A stretch of 64,000 nucleotides of DNA. Origin: an uncultured Bacilli bacterium. Its GTDB lineage: Bacteria; Bacillota_I; Bacilli_A; RF39; UBA660. The notes beneath the pieces are model-generated. The model was not told the origin of the DNA. It did not search any database and was given only the letters and a program-made list of their open reading frames with translations. Below, piece after piece: positions 1 through 9,979 of the stretch. The number at the start of each line of letters is the position of its first letter. Position 1 is the stretch's first letter. Both the position numbers and the translations under genes were made by a program. Where the stretch lies: NCBI GenBank assembly GCA_934096555.1, contig CAKOMD010000001.1:27474-91473 (forward strand), written 5' to 3'.

Positions 1-841
1 GAAAATTTTTCTTTACATTTTCAATAGCGGTATCTACTGCTTCCATATAATCATCATAATTATATCTACTAGCTTGCTTAACAAAAGTGGCATAAATATA
101 TCTAACATAAGAATACTCTAATTCATTTTTATATTCTTTATATAAATTATTTTTTTTATAATATTCTATTATACCATTCCAATTATCAATATAATGATAT
201 ATCTTTCTATTTATAGTATTAGTTATAGAACCATCTCTTTGAACATATTGATTAAAATGTTCATGAATAGTTCCTATACTTTTTACACTTGGTAATAATC
301 TATATATAAATTCAACATCTTCAAACCATACACCCTTTTTAAATTCAATACCATTATCAAATAGTTTTCTCTTAAAGATCTTATTCCATGCCGCAGGGTA
401 TATATTTAACATACATTTTTTTATATTTGTAGTATCAGTAGGAACATTAGAAGAAGCTGGTATAACCTTATCAGGATATATATAATTTAAATCACATACA
501 ACCATATCAAAGTTTCCACTTTTAGCTTTTTCATACATTTTTTTATACATATCTTCAGTAACATAATCATCACTATCCAAAAATGCTATATACTCACCAT
601 TGGCCTTCTTTATACCATAGTTTCTTGCATCAGATAATCCACCATTTTCCTTAATATAAGATTTCATATTAGAATATTTTTCTGTATATTTGTCAATAAT
701 CTTTTGACTATTATCTGGTGAGCCATCATTAACAATTATTATTTCAATATCTTTTAATGTTTGCCTAGCTAACGTATTCAAACACTTATCCAGATATTTT
801 TCAACGTTATATACTGGTACTATTACACTAACTTTTATCAT
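1..841 (-). CDS. Family 2 glycosyltransferase, partial (3' end runs off the window); paralog of the next gene
   Basis: Minus-strand translation begins MIKVSVIVPVYNVEKYLDKCLNTLARQTLKDIEIIIVNDGSPDNSQ...DSDDY, with AGGAGA 6 nt upstream of the ATG at 841. The GT2 motifs (VPVYN, DGS, DSDD) are present. The ORF is open to position 1. Confidence 0.8.
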   Translation of the reverse strand, partial: MIKVSVIVPVYNVEKYLDKCLNTLARQTLKDIEIIIVNDGSPDNSQKIIDKYTEKYSNMKSYIKENGGLSDARNYGIKKANGEYIAFLDSDDYVTEDMYKKMYEKAKSGNFDMVVCDLNYIYPDKVIPASSNVPTDTTNIKKCMLNIYPAAWNKIFKRKLFDNGIEFKKGVWFEDVEFIYRLLPSVKSIGTIHEHFNQYVQRDGSITNTINRKIYHYIDNWNGIIEYYKKNNLYKEYKNELEYSYVRYIYATFVKQASRYNYDDYMEAVDTAIENVKKNF

Positions 842-870
842 TGTTCATCTCCTAACTATTTATAATATAA

Positions 871-1812
871 TTATTTATTAGTAACTTTTTTAATTAATTT
901 CAATAGCAAAATATTTTTATTATAAGCCAAAATACAAATTAACTTTAATTTAAAACTTGACTTTTTATAATACACATTATTTTTCCACTTTGGAAAATAT
1001 TCTTTCATAATGTTGTGTATTTTGTATATGTACTCTTTTCCATTATCATAATTTAAAAATCTTAATGATGCTGTTCTAAGTAAATGAGTAATATACATAT
1101 ATTCTATTTCCTCAGGAAATTTGTCTTCTAGTAAATCCTTATTAGATTTTAAAACATCAAATATATTTAATAGTTTTTTATTGAAGACATTTTGCTTCAT
1201 TATAGAACCATCACGTTGTACATAATAATATAGTCCTTCTGAAACAAAGCCAATTTTATCAGTTATATTTACTACTTTTGGAGTCATTTCTAAATCTTCA
1301 TAATAAATATTTTTTTTAAATTGTATTTTATCAAAAATAGTTTTTTTAAAAAGTCTAGTACAAGCCATTGGTGGAGAAATAATGTAATTACGAACATCAT
1401 TATCAGAATAATTATTATTTGATTTTATAAGTATTTCACTACCATTGTCATATACATTTATACTATCACATACAACAACATCTAAATCTTCCTTAATAGC
1501 ATAATTATACATTTTCTCAAGCATATCCTTTTTTATATAATCGTCACTATCAACAAAAGAAATGTATTCACCCGTTGCCTTCTTTATACCATAATTTCTT
1601 GCATCAGATAAGCCCCCATTTTCTTTTATATAAGATTTAACATTTTTATATTTTTTTGTATATTCGTCAATAATCTTTTGACTATTATCTGGAGAGCCAT
1701 CATTAATAACTATTATTTCTACTCCATCTAAAGTCTGATTAACTAGTGAATCCAAACACTTTTTTATATATTTTTCAACATTATATACTGGTACAATTAC
1801 ACTAACTTTCAT
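871..1812 (-). CDS. Family 2 glycosyltransferase
   Basis: MKVSVIVPVYNVEKYIKKCLDSLVNQT...VINDGSPDNS...DSDDY. The longest ORF starts at 1836, but GGAAGGAAA followed by an 8-nt spacer precedes the ATG at 1812, so the MKVSV start is preferred. Confidence 0.8.
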   Translation of the reverse strand: MKVSVIVPVYNVEKYIKKCLDSLVNQTLDGVEIIVINDGSPDNSQKIIDEYTKKYKNVKSYIKENGGLSDARNYGIKKATGEYISFVDSDDYIKKDMLEKMYNYAIKEDLDVVVCDSINVYDNGSEILIKSNNNYSDNDVRNYIISPPMACTRLFKKTIFDKIQFKKNIYYEDLEMTPKVVNITDKIGFVSEGLYYYVQRDGSIMKQNVFNKKLLNIFDVLKSNKDLLEDKFPEEIEYMYITHLLRTASLRFLNYDNGKEYIYKIHNIMKEYFPKWKNNVYYKKSSFKLKLICILAYNKNILLLKLIKKVTNK

Positions 1813-3325
1813 ATTTTTTATTTCCTTCCCGTTCAATGCATAAAGTCAAAGACAAAATCAGCATTGGACTTGTCCATCCAAATAAATGACCTGAAAAATA
1901 ACATAGCACTAAGCCAAAAAACGAAGATATTAGACATAAACAATACTCATATCTAAAATTATATTTATTAAATGCATTAGCAAAATTATACATAAATAAT
2001 GCAATATACGGACCAACAAGTAATAAGAAACCTAATATTCCAAATAGATAATATTGATAAACATAATCTCTCTCTATATCCATAAAGTCTATTGTGTAAC
2101 CTAATCCTAAAAGAGAATCAAATTTATTATCATTTCTTTTTTCTATTCTTTCAATAATATCCACTTTTAATATCCTATAATCATTATTTAATTTTTTATC
2201 TCTTTTTGCCATATTATACCAAAAGTCACGATCGTTTTTAATAGGATATAATTCATAAAAAACTGTAGCAATTTTAAATGTTCCATTATTATCACTAAGT
2301 AATTTTTCAAACTCATCATCAGATAAATCACTATCTAATTTTTGATAAATTAATTTTTCATCCTCTGTTGTCTTCTCTCCCTTATCACTTACTCCTGAAC
2401 TAAATGAAACTCCGCTTGATAACATATGTCTAAATGGTGATATATAAAACCATGTAGCAGAAAAAATTGCAATAAACAAGTACATCAGTAGATACTTCTT
2501 ATCAAATTTTTCTTTAAATAAAAATACAAAAAATAAATATATTATTAAAGAACCAAATACTACAAGTAGTGATCCAATTGAAGCTACTTTAGTACCAACA
2601 ATTATCATAGAGGTTATCTGTAATATCACTAATAATAAGTCCTTAATTTTTTTATTAGTATATAAATTATAAATATTTATAGGAAGTAACATTACAAGTA
2701 TAATTGAAATTTGATTTGCTGATGGAAATAATCCCATAGTAAACAAATGTCTAAAATTATCTTTATAGATAAATACATCAAAGAAATTAGTACTATTAAC
2801 AAGATAATTAGCAGTATTTTCAGGATAAGAACTATAAGAAATTCTAAATATATTTGAAACAACTATAAGTCCAGAAATAAAACATACCAAATATTTTACT
2901 ATTCCTAAATAATATTGTTTATTAAATATATCCTTATTTTTCCACAAAGTAATAATTAACATAAGTGGAAGCATATAAACTCTAAATATATAATAAAGTT
3001 CAACAAAAAAGTTTGGATTAGCCTTCTCATAAATACTAGTATTAAAATTATAAATATGCAAACAATGTAACACTAAGTATATACCCAGAAATATTACATA
3101 CAAAATAGCACCTTTTTTAAAGTTAAATTTATTTTTAATAATCGAAGTGATAAAAGCAAGTGAAATCAAAAATATATTTACAAATTCAATCAAAGCAATA
3201 TTAAATATTTCAATATCTTTTAAATCAGTACCTCTAATTATATCAATCAAAGGTAATAAAATAAATACTAAACTTATAGAATATTTAATAATTCTATCTT
3301 TAATTTTCATTCTTATCATCTCCAA
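1802..3325 (-). CDS. Polytopic membrane protein, Wzy / O-antigen-ligase-like, with a large acidic extracytoplasmic loop
   Basis: 507 aa with more than 10 hydrophobic helices and one long hydrophilic D/E-rich loop. It lies between glycosyltransferase genes. Confidence 0.45.
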   Translation of the reverse strand: MEMIRMKIKDRIIKYSISLVFILLPLIDIIRGTDLKDIEIFNIALIEFVNIFLISLAFITSIIKNKFNFKKGAILYVIFLGIYLVLHCLHIYNFNTSIYEKANPNFFVELYYIFRVYMLPLMLIITLWKNKDIFNKQYYLGIVKYLVCFISGLIVVSNIFRISYSSYPENTANYLVNSTNFFDVFIYKDNFRHLFTMGLFPSANQISIILVMLLPINIYNLYTNKKIKDLLLVILQITSMIIVGTKVASIGSLLVVFGSLIIYLFFVFLFKEKFDKKYLLMYLFIAIFSATWFYISPFRHMLSSGVSFSSGVSDKGEKTTEDEKLIYQKLDSDLSDDEFEKLLSDNNGTFKIATVFYELYPIKNDRDFWYNMAKRDKKLNNDYRILKVDIIERIEKRNDNKFDSLLGLGYTIDFMDIERDYVYQYYLFGILGFLLLVGPYIALFMYNFANAFNKYNFRYEYCLCLISSFFGLVLCYFSGHLFGWTSPMLILSLTLCIEREGNKKYES

Positions 3326-4154
3326 AACTTAAGTAAACTTTGCCATGTCCAATTCTATCTTCTTCTGGAGGAAGTTTCATATAATCACCAAATATTTCAG
3401 TTAAATTTTTATGATATCCACTAGGAACAGTAAATTCAGTATCTTCAAATTTAACTTTTTCCATACTATTGAATGGTTCTTTTGAAAACTTAATTTCCGT
3501 TCCACCATCCAAAGAGTAATAATACTTAGAATTAGATTTATATAAACAAAAACGTTCTATGTTTTTTATTACTATTTTATTTCTTACTTTTTGTGGCAAA
3601 ATTCTAACAACAATTGATAATATTTTACCAATAGTTCCATAATTATTATATCTACTTTTATTATTTTTAATATTAGTTTCAATTAATAATCGAAGAAACT
3701 TATATCTTCTAGCAAATTTCTTTTCTTCCCTTTTGTTATCTGGATATTCAAGTAATGGAAAAACATCAACAAAAATACCATTATTAATATTATTATTTTC
3801 CCATCCATCTTCAACAAAAATAGTGTTGTTTAATCTAACTTTATCCCAAAGTAAGTAATAATTTTCTTCTGTTTTTAAAGTTTGATAGAAATATTTAGTA
3901 GTGTCTGCTTTTTCATTAAATATTTTTTGTAATTTTAAAAAATCTTCACCACTTACAAGCACATCAACATCATCATCCCACGGAATGAATCCATGATGTC
4001 TTATAGCACCTAATAAAGTACCATAAGCTAAATAATATTTAATATTATTTTCTTCACAAAATTCAGCGAAATATTTCATTATTCCCAATTCTTTTTTATG
4101 CAACTTATCAATATTTTTATTTTTATCTATAAATTTCATCTTGTTTACCTCCAT
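3300..4154 (-). CDS. licD: LicD-family phosphotransferase (phosphocholine / phospho-alcohol transferase to glycans)
   Basis: YYLAYGTLLGAIRHHGFIPWDDDVDV matches the LicD signature (YGTLLGAVRH..IPWDDDxD). Confidence 0.8.
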   Translation of the reverse strand: MEVNKMKFIDKNKNIDKLHKKELGIMKYFAEFCEENNIKYYLAYGTLLGAIRHHGFIPWDDDVDVLVSGEDFLKLQKIFNEKADTTKYFYQTLKTEENYYLLWDKVRLNNTIFVEDGWENNNINNGIFVDVFPLLEYPDNKREEKKFARRYKFLRLLIETNIKNNKSRYNNYGTIGKILSIVVRILPQKVRNKIVIKNIERFCLYKSNSKYYYSLDGGTEIKFSKEPFNSMEKVKFEDTEFTVPSGYHKNLTEIFGDYMKLPPEEDRIGHGKVYLSFGDDKNEN

Positions 4155-4165
4155 TTATGTAACAA

Positions 4166-5416
4166 TTACCCTATATATTTAATAAAATCATTCATCGTAG
4201 TATAAGTTACGACAACAAACCTTGGAAGTCTAAATTTATCACTTCCTACTTTGGTTAAATTATCACTTTTACTACTTTCACCTGCAAAAGCCATATTAAA
4301 TCCAGCTTCTTTTGCTATTTCAATTGAATAATTATTATACTCATAAAATGGATAACATAAAACTGTCGAACCATTTAACTTTTCTCTACTAGTTTTTAAA
4401 TCATTTAATATTTGATTTCTTGGTAAGCACTTAATTCCCCCACCTTGTCCACCAGGACACTTACCACCAGTATGTAATTTATCTGTATGCGAATGTAATT
4501 CAACATATTCACTTTCATAATCCTTAGGATTATAATCTCCCGTTATCAAAAATAATGTACCATTTAATTTATATTCATTTAGTAGTTCTATACCAAGTTT
4601 TGATCTCCAGCCATCATCAATAGTAATAACAACACTCTTAGGAAGTTGTAACTTACCATCAATATATAATTCTAACTCTTTCATTTTCAAAGTAAATATA
4701 TTATTATCACGAATATAATCTAAATGTTTTTTAAATTGACTTTTTGAATGACAAATCTCTTGATTACATTCAGATTGCTTTTCAGTATCGTCATCCCAAA
4801 AGAAGTGATAATTAAATGTACCAATTCCCTTAGTATTTGTTTCATCCGTATTATGATTTTCTATAACCTCTACTTCATTCTTTTTAACTTCATATAATTC
4901 ATTATTATATTCTACATAATACTCATTATCTTCTTTTATATAAATTGGTAGAGACATTTCTTTATTAAAAGTATAAATCAAATTTCCATCTTTATATAAA
5001 CTAACACTATCACTTTTAACATTCTGATTAAAAGGTATATATCTCTTATATCTAGTTTCTTTTTCAGGAAGACTTTCACTACTCTTATCGACACTATCAT
5101 AATCAATATAATATTCTTCATCCAAACTATCAATAGTAAAATACTTCGTATTTTCATCTATTTCTTGCTCTTTTAAAGATAATAACACACCTTTTTCAAT
5201 AGTACCTACCTTATTATATTCCTTATCATATATTGCACTATTTTTATTAGTTATTACAATCTGATTAAAATGAGAATTAATATCGCTAATTCTTTCCTTT
5301 AACTTATTTTCTTTATTACTAATATATAAATATCCCAAAATACCAATTATTAAAATAACTATTAATAATATAATCAAAGTTACTACTATTTTATTTTTTT
5401 TATGATAATTTCTCAT
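4166..5416 (-). CDS. Membrane-anchored polysaccharide deacetylase (NodB homology domain)
   Basis: There is an N-terminal TM helix, and the C-terminal part carries VVITIDDGWRS...HSHTDKLH...LCYPFYEYN, which is the NodB catalytic motif pattern. Confidence 0.7.
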   Translation of the reverse strand: MRNYHKKNKIVVTLIILLIVILIIGILGYLYISNKENKLKERISDINSHFNQIVITNKNSAIYDKEYNKVGTIEKGVLLSLKEQEIDENTKYFTIDSLDEEYYIDYDSVDKSSESLPEKETRYKRYIPFNQNVKSDSVSLYKDGNLIYTFNKEMSLPIYIKEDNEYYVEYNNELYEVKKNEVEVIENHNTDETNTKGIGTFNYHFFWDDDTEKQSECNQEICHSKSQFKKHLDYIRDNNIFTLKMKELELYIDGKLQLPKSVVITIDDGWRSKLGIELLNEYKLNGTLFLITGDYNPKDYESEYVELHSHTDKLHTGGKCPGGQGGGIKCLPRNQILNDLKTSREKLNGSTVLCYPFYEYNNYSIEIAKEAGFNMAFAGESSKSDNLTKVGSDKFRLPRFVVVTYTTMNDFIKYIG

Positions 5417-5512
5417 ATAAACTCTCCAATCATTATAACAAAATTATACTATATATTTTCATTATTAGCAAGGCAAGAAAAAAAGATATTTATAATTAGT
5501 AGTTATAAATAT

Positions 5513-5537
5513 CAATATTGACAAATAGATTGTCAAT
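5513..5537. promoter_or_regulatory. Perfect inverted repeat ATTGACAA-atag-ATTGTCAAT about 100 bp upstream of the deacetylase gene start; candidate operator overlapping a TTGACA -35-like hexamer
   Basis: The two 8-bp arms are exact reverse complements and sit in the 5' region of the minus-strand gene starting at 5416. Confidence 0.35.
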
Positions 5538-5612
5538 TTAAAATTATCCAAAGAATACATTTTTACATTTTTGTATACTATATTCTATATTTTTTATCAT
5601 CGAATAATATTT

Positions 5613-6506
5613 TTATACATCATAAGTTTTATCTATTGCTTTTAACTCATTAAAAGTATCTATTTCTATTATATCCTCTTTTTTACATTCTCTTAAATAT
5701 ATTTTATAATTACTTTTTTTCACATCAAGCATTACTTGTTCCCAATATTTCTCCTTACCCCCAGGAGACATAAATACTTCTTCTATATCAGTTTCAATCT
5801 GCTTACCATCTTTTGCATCATAATAAGATATACCACACATCTGATAACAATCTAATCCGCCTAATTTTTCTTTAGTAATAATGCCATTTTTAGTTTCAAG
5901 ACACCAATCATCACTTCTATCTACTTTAAATCCTAAAAAGTTAGAATGATACTCATATTTTCTTATTAAATTTTGATTATATAAATATAGATCTGATTCT
6001 AAGACATATGAATTAGAAAACATCCCTCTTACCAAATAAGCCGAAGAAATATTATTTGCTTCATTGTACTTTTCATTATATATAAATTTTATATTAGGAT
6101 ATTTTTTTAACAATATTTCAAATTGTTCATTTAAATATCCTGTTATAATAATTATTTCTGGAATTTCAGCCTTCACAACAGCATCTAACAATGTCTCAAT
6201 TATTTTCTTGCCATTAACTAATACTAATGGTTTTGGTGTATTAAGAGTTATTGGTACCAATCTTGAGCCAAAACCAGCCGCTAAAAATATAGCTCTTTTT
6301 ACTCTATATGGTTCTAATTCCTCTAATCCTTTTTTTGTTATGGTATTATTTTCGTCTATTAGCTTATTAGCTAACAAATAAGAAATAGTTTTATTTACCG
6401 TTCCCAAAGAAAGATTAGTTATCTTAGATATTTCTCTTTGAGATAATATTCTTTTTTCTTTTTCAATACAAACCAATATTTCAAATTCATTATATGTTAA
6501 TTTCAT
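5613..6506 (-). CDS. Winged-helix HTH fused to a LicC-like nucleotidyltransferase (CTP:phosphocholine / phospho-alcohol cytidylyltransferase family)
   Basis: Residues 1-60 look like an HTH (REISKITNLSLGTVNKTISYL). They are followed by AIFLAAGFGSRLVPITLNTPKPLVLVNGKKIIETLLD, the NTP-transferase G-rich loop typical of LicC. Confidence 0.7.
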   Translation of the reverse strand: MKLTYNEFEILVCIEKEKRILSQREISKITNLSLGTVNKTISYLLANKLIDENNTITKKGLEELEPYRVKRAIFLAAGFGSRLVPITLNTPKPLVLVNGKKIIETLLDAVVKAEIPEIIIITGYLNEQFEILLKKYPNIKFIYNEKYNEANNISSAYLVRGMFSNSYVLESDLYLYNQNLIRKYEYHSNFLGFKVDRSDDWCLETKNGIITKEKLGGLDCYQMCGISYYDAKDGKQIETDIEEVFMSPGGKEKYWEQVMLDVKKSNYKIYLRECKKEDIIEIDTFNELKAIDKTYDV

Positions 6507-8076
6507 ATTTCCACTTCTTTCTATCTTCTTTTCTATTTATTAAATAAATAGTTCCTTTTACTATTAAATTAAAGAATAATATTATTAATGATACAATAGC
6601 GGCCTCTCCTAGCATCATATTGCCTTCATAAGTATTTATCATTAATGACAAAGGCATTGTATCAGTATTAAACAGAAATGTTACTGCCGATATTGTTACC
6701 ATTGAATTAATAAAGAAATATGTTACCATTTCCCTTATTGTTATCTTACTACATGGTATTATTACATCTTTTATTATTCTAAATGTACTTATATTACAAG
6801 TTTTTGCCACTACTTCATAATTGTGATTTATTTTCTGTAAGGCATTATATGCCATTAAATATGGAGAAGCAATAAAATGTATTATATTTACAATAATCAT
6901 TATGATAAATGTATTATAAATAAAACTATCTTTAAAACTTATAGTATATGATAATCCAAGTACTACGCCGGGTATAGCAAGCGACAATATTGCTAATATA
7001 TGTATTACCTTTGCCATTTTACCCTTTATTCTAGCAGTTACATAAGCCGCTAAATATGCTATAAATGTACCAAATATTGCAACTAAAGCAGCTATTAAAA
7101 GCGAATTAAATATATACTTCCCAATATCATTTGATAGTACATACTTAAAGTGTTTTAAAGAAAAACTTCTATTAATAACAAAATTATCTATAAATGCATA
7201 ATAAACAAATGAACCTATTACCATAAAAATAAAAATTATTATTAAATATAATAACACAGTAAATATTATATCTCTTATTTTGTTATTAGTTATATTATAA
7301 CTCTTATCTTCAAATTCTCCACTACTATAGTCTTTAGAAAAACTATCAAACAAAAATGATATAATTGCTGGTATTAGCAAAAATAATCCTATCATTGTAC
7401 CCTTTGAAAAATCTAACAATCCAATTACTTCTTTATATAAAAATACTGGTAATGTCAAAAATTTTCCTCCAATCGATAGTGGCACGCCATAATCAGTAAA
7501 TATTAATGTAAATACTGCAAATAATGCTGATAATAAAGGTTTTTTTAGATAACATAAAGTCACTTTTTTAAATGTTTGCCAACCATTTAGTCCTAACACC
7601 TTGGCGGTATTATACATATTATTATCTATATAATTAAAGCCATCATCAAGCATCAAGAAAGCCACTGGAAAAGAATACATTATTGATCCCAATATCACTC
7701 CAGGAAAACCAATTATATTAAAACCAAATATTTTTGAAATTATCCCATTAGTTCCAAATAAATTAATTAAACCAAGCCCATGAGATATAGAAGGAATCAG
7801 CATTGGTATTGTTAATAATACTTTTAATACTGCTCGATGCTTTATATTAGTTCTATTTAAAGTATACGCAAGTAAGTATGCAATCATTATTGATATTATA
7901 GTAGATATAATAGTGACAAATAACGAATTAGTTAAAGCCTCTTTAAATGCCTTTGAAGTAATTAAACTGCCAAAATTAGACCATTCTACTCTCAGAAGCA
8001 TTCCAACCAAAGGATAAAAAACAGTTATCAAAAAAAATATTAAAACTAAAATACTAACTTTACTTTTCTTTTTCAT
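6490..8076 (-). CDS. ABC transporter permease, fused two-domain (FbpB/PhnU-V-like, about 12 TM)
   Basis: 528 aa and highly hydrophobic. Its ATG overlaps the ATPase stop at 8076, and it lies in an operon with the SBP and ATPase genes. Confidence 0.7.
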   Translation of the reverse strand: MKKKSKVSILVLIFFLITVFYPLVGMLLRVEWSNFGSLITSKAFKEALTNSLFVTIISTIISIMIAYLLAYTLNRTNIKHRAVLKVLLTIPMLIPSISHGLGLINLFGTNGIISKIFGFNIIGFPGVILGSIMYSFPVAFLMLDDGFNYIDNNMYNTAKVLGLNGWQTFKKVTLCYLKKPLLSALFAVFTLIFTDYGVPLSIGGKFLTLPVFLYKEVIGLLDFSKGTMIGLFLLIPAIISFLFDSFSKDYSSGEFEDKSYNITNNKIRDIIFTVLLYLIIIFIFMVIGSFVYYAFIDNFVINRSFSLKHFKYVLSNDIGKYIFNSLLIAALVAIFGTFIAYLAAYVTARIKGKMAKVIHILAILSLAIPGVVLGLSYTISFKDSFIYNTFIIMIIVNIIHFIASPYLMAYNALQKINHNYEVVAKTCNISTFRIIKDVIIPCSKITIREMVTYFFINSMVTISAVTFLFNTDTMPLSLMINTYEGNMMLGEAAIVSLIILFFNLIVKGTIYLINRKEDRKKWKYEINI

Positions 8077-8836
8077 TATAAATCAATTCCTGTACATTTT
8101 TCTATTGAAGATACTTTTTCTATTAAATGATTTGTTACAAAATTTCTTACATAATCATTTTTAGGATGATTAAATATTTTATTTGGAACATCTATTTGCT
8201 CTATTTTACCATTATTCATTACCATTACTCTATCAGATAAAGAGAAAGCCTCCTCTTGATCATGAGTAATATATATCATTGTCGTTTTAAATTTCTTTTG
8301 AATATCTTTCAATTCTTTTCTTAACCCTAATCTATTATCAGCATCTAAAGCACTCATTGGTTCATCAAACAATATTATATCAGGATTTAAAGCCAATGTC
8401 CTTGCTATAGCCACTCTCTGCTGCTGTCCCCCTGATAATTCATGAGGATATTTTTTAATATGTTCTTCCATATTCACTACTTTTATCATTTCTAATGCTT
8501 GTTTTTTTGCCTCTTCCTTATCTTTTAATTTTAAATTTAACGCATACATAACATTATCTAAAACTGTCATATTAGGAAATAAAGCATAGTTTTGAAAGAC
8601 TATGCCCATTCCTCTTTTTGCTGGATCGACCTTTGTTATATTTTCTTTTTTCTTAAATATTTGTCCAGAAGTTGGTTTTTCTATTCCAATTAAAATTTTT
8701 AGCAATGTTGTTTTACCACATCCTGATGGTCCTATATTGATAAAAATTCTCCATCATTTACTTCAAAACTAATATTGTCTAAAACTATTTTTTTATTATA
8801 TACTTTAACTAAATTCTTTATTTCAAGATTAACCAT
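8076..8836 (-). pseudogene. ABC transporter ATP-binding protein interrupted by a -1 frameshift inside the Walker A region
   Basis: Minus-strand translation from the ATG at 8836 gives MVNLEIKNLVKVYNKKIVLDNISFEVNDGEFLSI and then a stop. The shifted frame continues GPSGCGKTTLLKILIGIEKP...LSGGQQQRVAIARTL...ILFDEPMSALD. The expected ATA-TTA-GGA reads ATATAGGA near 8733-8738, so one T is missing. Confidence 0.65.
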
Positions 8837-9806
8837 TTACTTCTCCCCATTTCTCAATTAATCTTTCTTTTACTTCTGTACTATCGATTCCTTCCATATT
8901 AGCATCTTTTAAATTTTCTGGATAATTCTTTATTTTATTTTCTTGATCTTTTAATATTTTATCTGGCATATAATTTTCCTTATCAAATCTACCATAATCT
9001 TTAATTAACCAATTAAACACTTTTACTACATCTTCGTTAGTTTCTCTTCCTTTAATAATACCACAAGAAGTTGTATTATAAGGAGAACCAGTATCTAATT
9101 CTATAATACTAAAATCATATCCCGCATTAATTGCTTCAACGCCTTGAGCAGTCATTCCCATCGCTATTGCTATTTCACCTTGTTTTAATAAATTTGTAGG
9201 GCCTGATCCTGATGTTGTAAATTCTCTTAAATTATTCTTTAATTTTTTAAAATACTCTATAGCGTTATCTTCACCCATAATATTTACTACATTTAGATAG
9301 AATGCATACCCAGTTCCAGATGTCTTTGGATCAGGCATTGCAATTAAATCTTTATATTCTGGTTTCAATAAATCTTCATATGTCTTTGGTACACTCAAAT
9401 TATGCTCTTCAAAATATTTATTATCTATAATCAAATTCATAGTATACTTAGTCCAAGTTAAATAATTAGTTGCTGTATTTACCCCATCTAGATAAAAACT
9501 TGTATCAAAACTTGATAAATTTGCAAAATTATCTTGAACTCCTTTTATATGAGCCGTTTCTAAATCTAACACTATATCTGCTTCAACCTTTGAACCTTCG
9601 TTTTTTATTTTAGCAGCACTATTTCCAGTTGCCATATATTGAACAACAACATTTAAATCTGGAAATTCCTCTTTAACCATTTCAATCAACTTTTGATTTC
9701 TTTCTTCTTCCATACTAGTATATATTACTACCTTGTTTTTACTTTCACAACCAGTTAATAATACTAATACAAAAAGCATTGCTATTAATAAAATTTTTTT
9801 CTTCAT
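8829..9806 (-). CDS. ABC transporter substrate-binding lipoprotein (family-1 SBP; Fe3+ / 2-aminoethylphosphonate / polyamine type)
   Basis: The protein starts with a lipoprotein signal, MKKKILLIAMLFVLVLLTGC. Its stop overlaps the ATPase start (ATGGTTAA). Confidence 0.65.
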   Translation of the reverse strand: MKKKILLIAMLFVLVLLTGCESKNKVVIYTSMEEERNQKLIEMVKEEFPDLNVVVQYMATGNSAAKIKNEGSKVEADIVLDLETAHIKGVQDNFANLSSFDTSFYLDGVNTATNYLTWTKYTMNLIIDNKYFEEHNLSVPKTYEDLLKPEYKDLIAMPDPKTSGTGYAFYLNVVNIMGEDNAIEYFKKLKNNLREFTTSGSGPTNLLKQGEIAIAMGMTAQGVEAINAGYDFSIIELDTGSPYNTTSCGIIKGRETNEDVVKVFNWLIKDYGRFDKENYMPDKILKDQENKIKNYPENLKDANMEGIDSTEVKERLIEKWGEVNG

Positions 9807-9979
9807 ATCTGTTCCTACTTTCTAGAACTAATTCGTTCATAATTAGATTATACCATCTTTTTTTGAACATAGCAATATAATTAAAAAATATATGTATAAT
9901 TCTTAATCAGTACAGCTGCTATTTTTATCACACACACAGTAAAATAAAAAGAATAGAAAAACTCTATCCTTTATTTAAA

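Noticed and set aside
3147-3332. Short plus-strand ORFs lying antisense inside long minus-strand genes (3147-3332, 6064-6381, 12665-12904, 12938-13123, 17373-17687, 17822-18034, 18201-18419, 19454-19726, 20168-20359, 21811-22005, 22428-22658, 38912-39181, 39938-40198, 44218-44469, 48253-48453, 48844-49062, 55479-55715, 60921-61190, 62288-62497)
   Set aside because: They sit entirely within well-supported coding genes on the opposite strand. Their translations are low-complexity Ile/Phe/Ser-rich, as expected from the antisense of AT-rich coding sequence, and they have no RBS.
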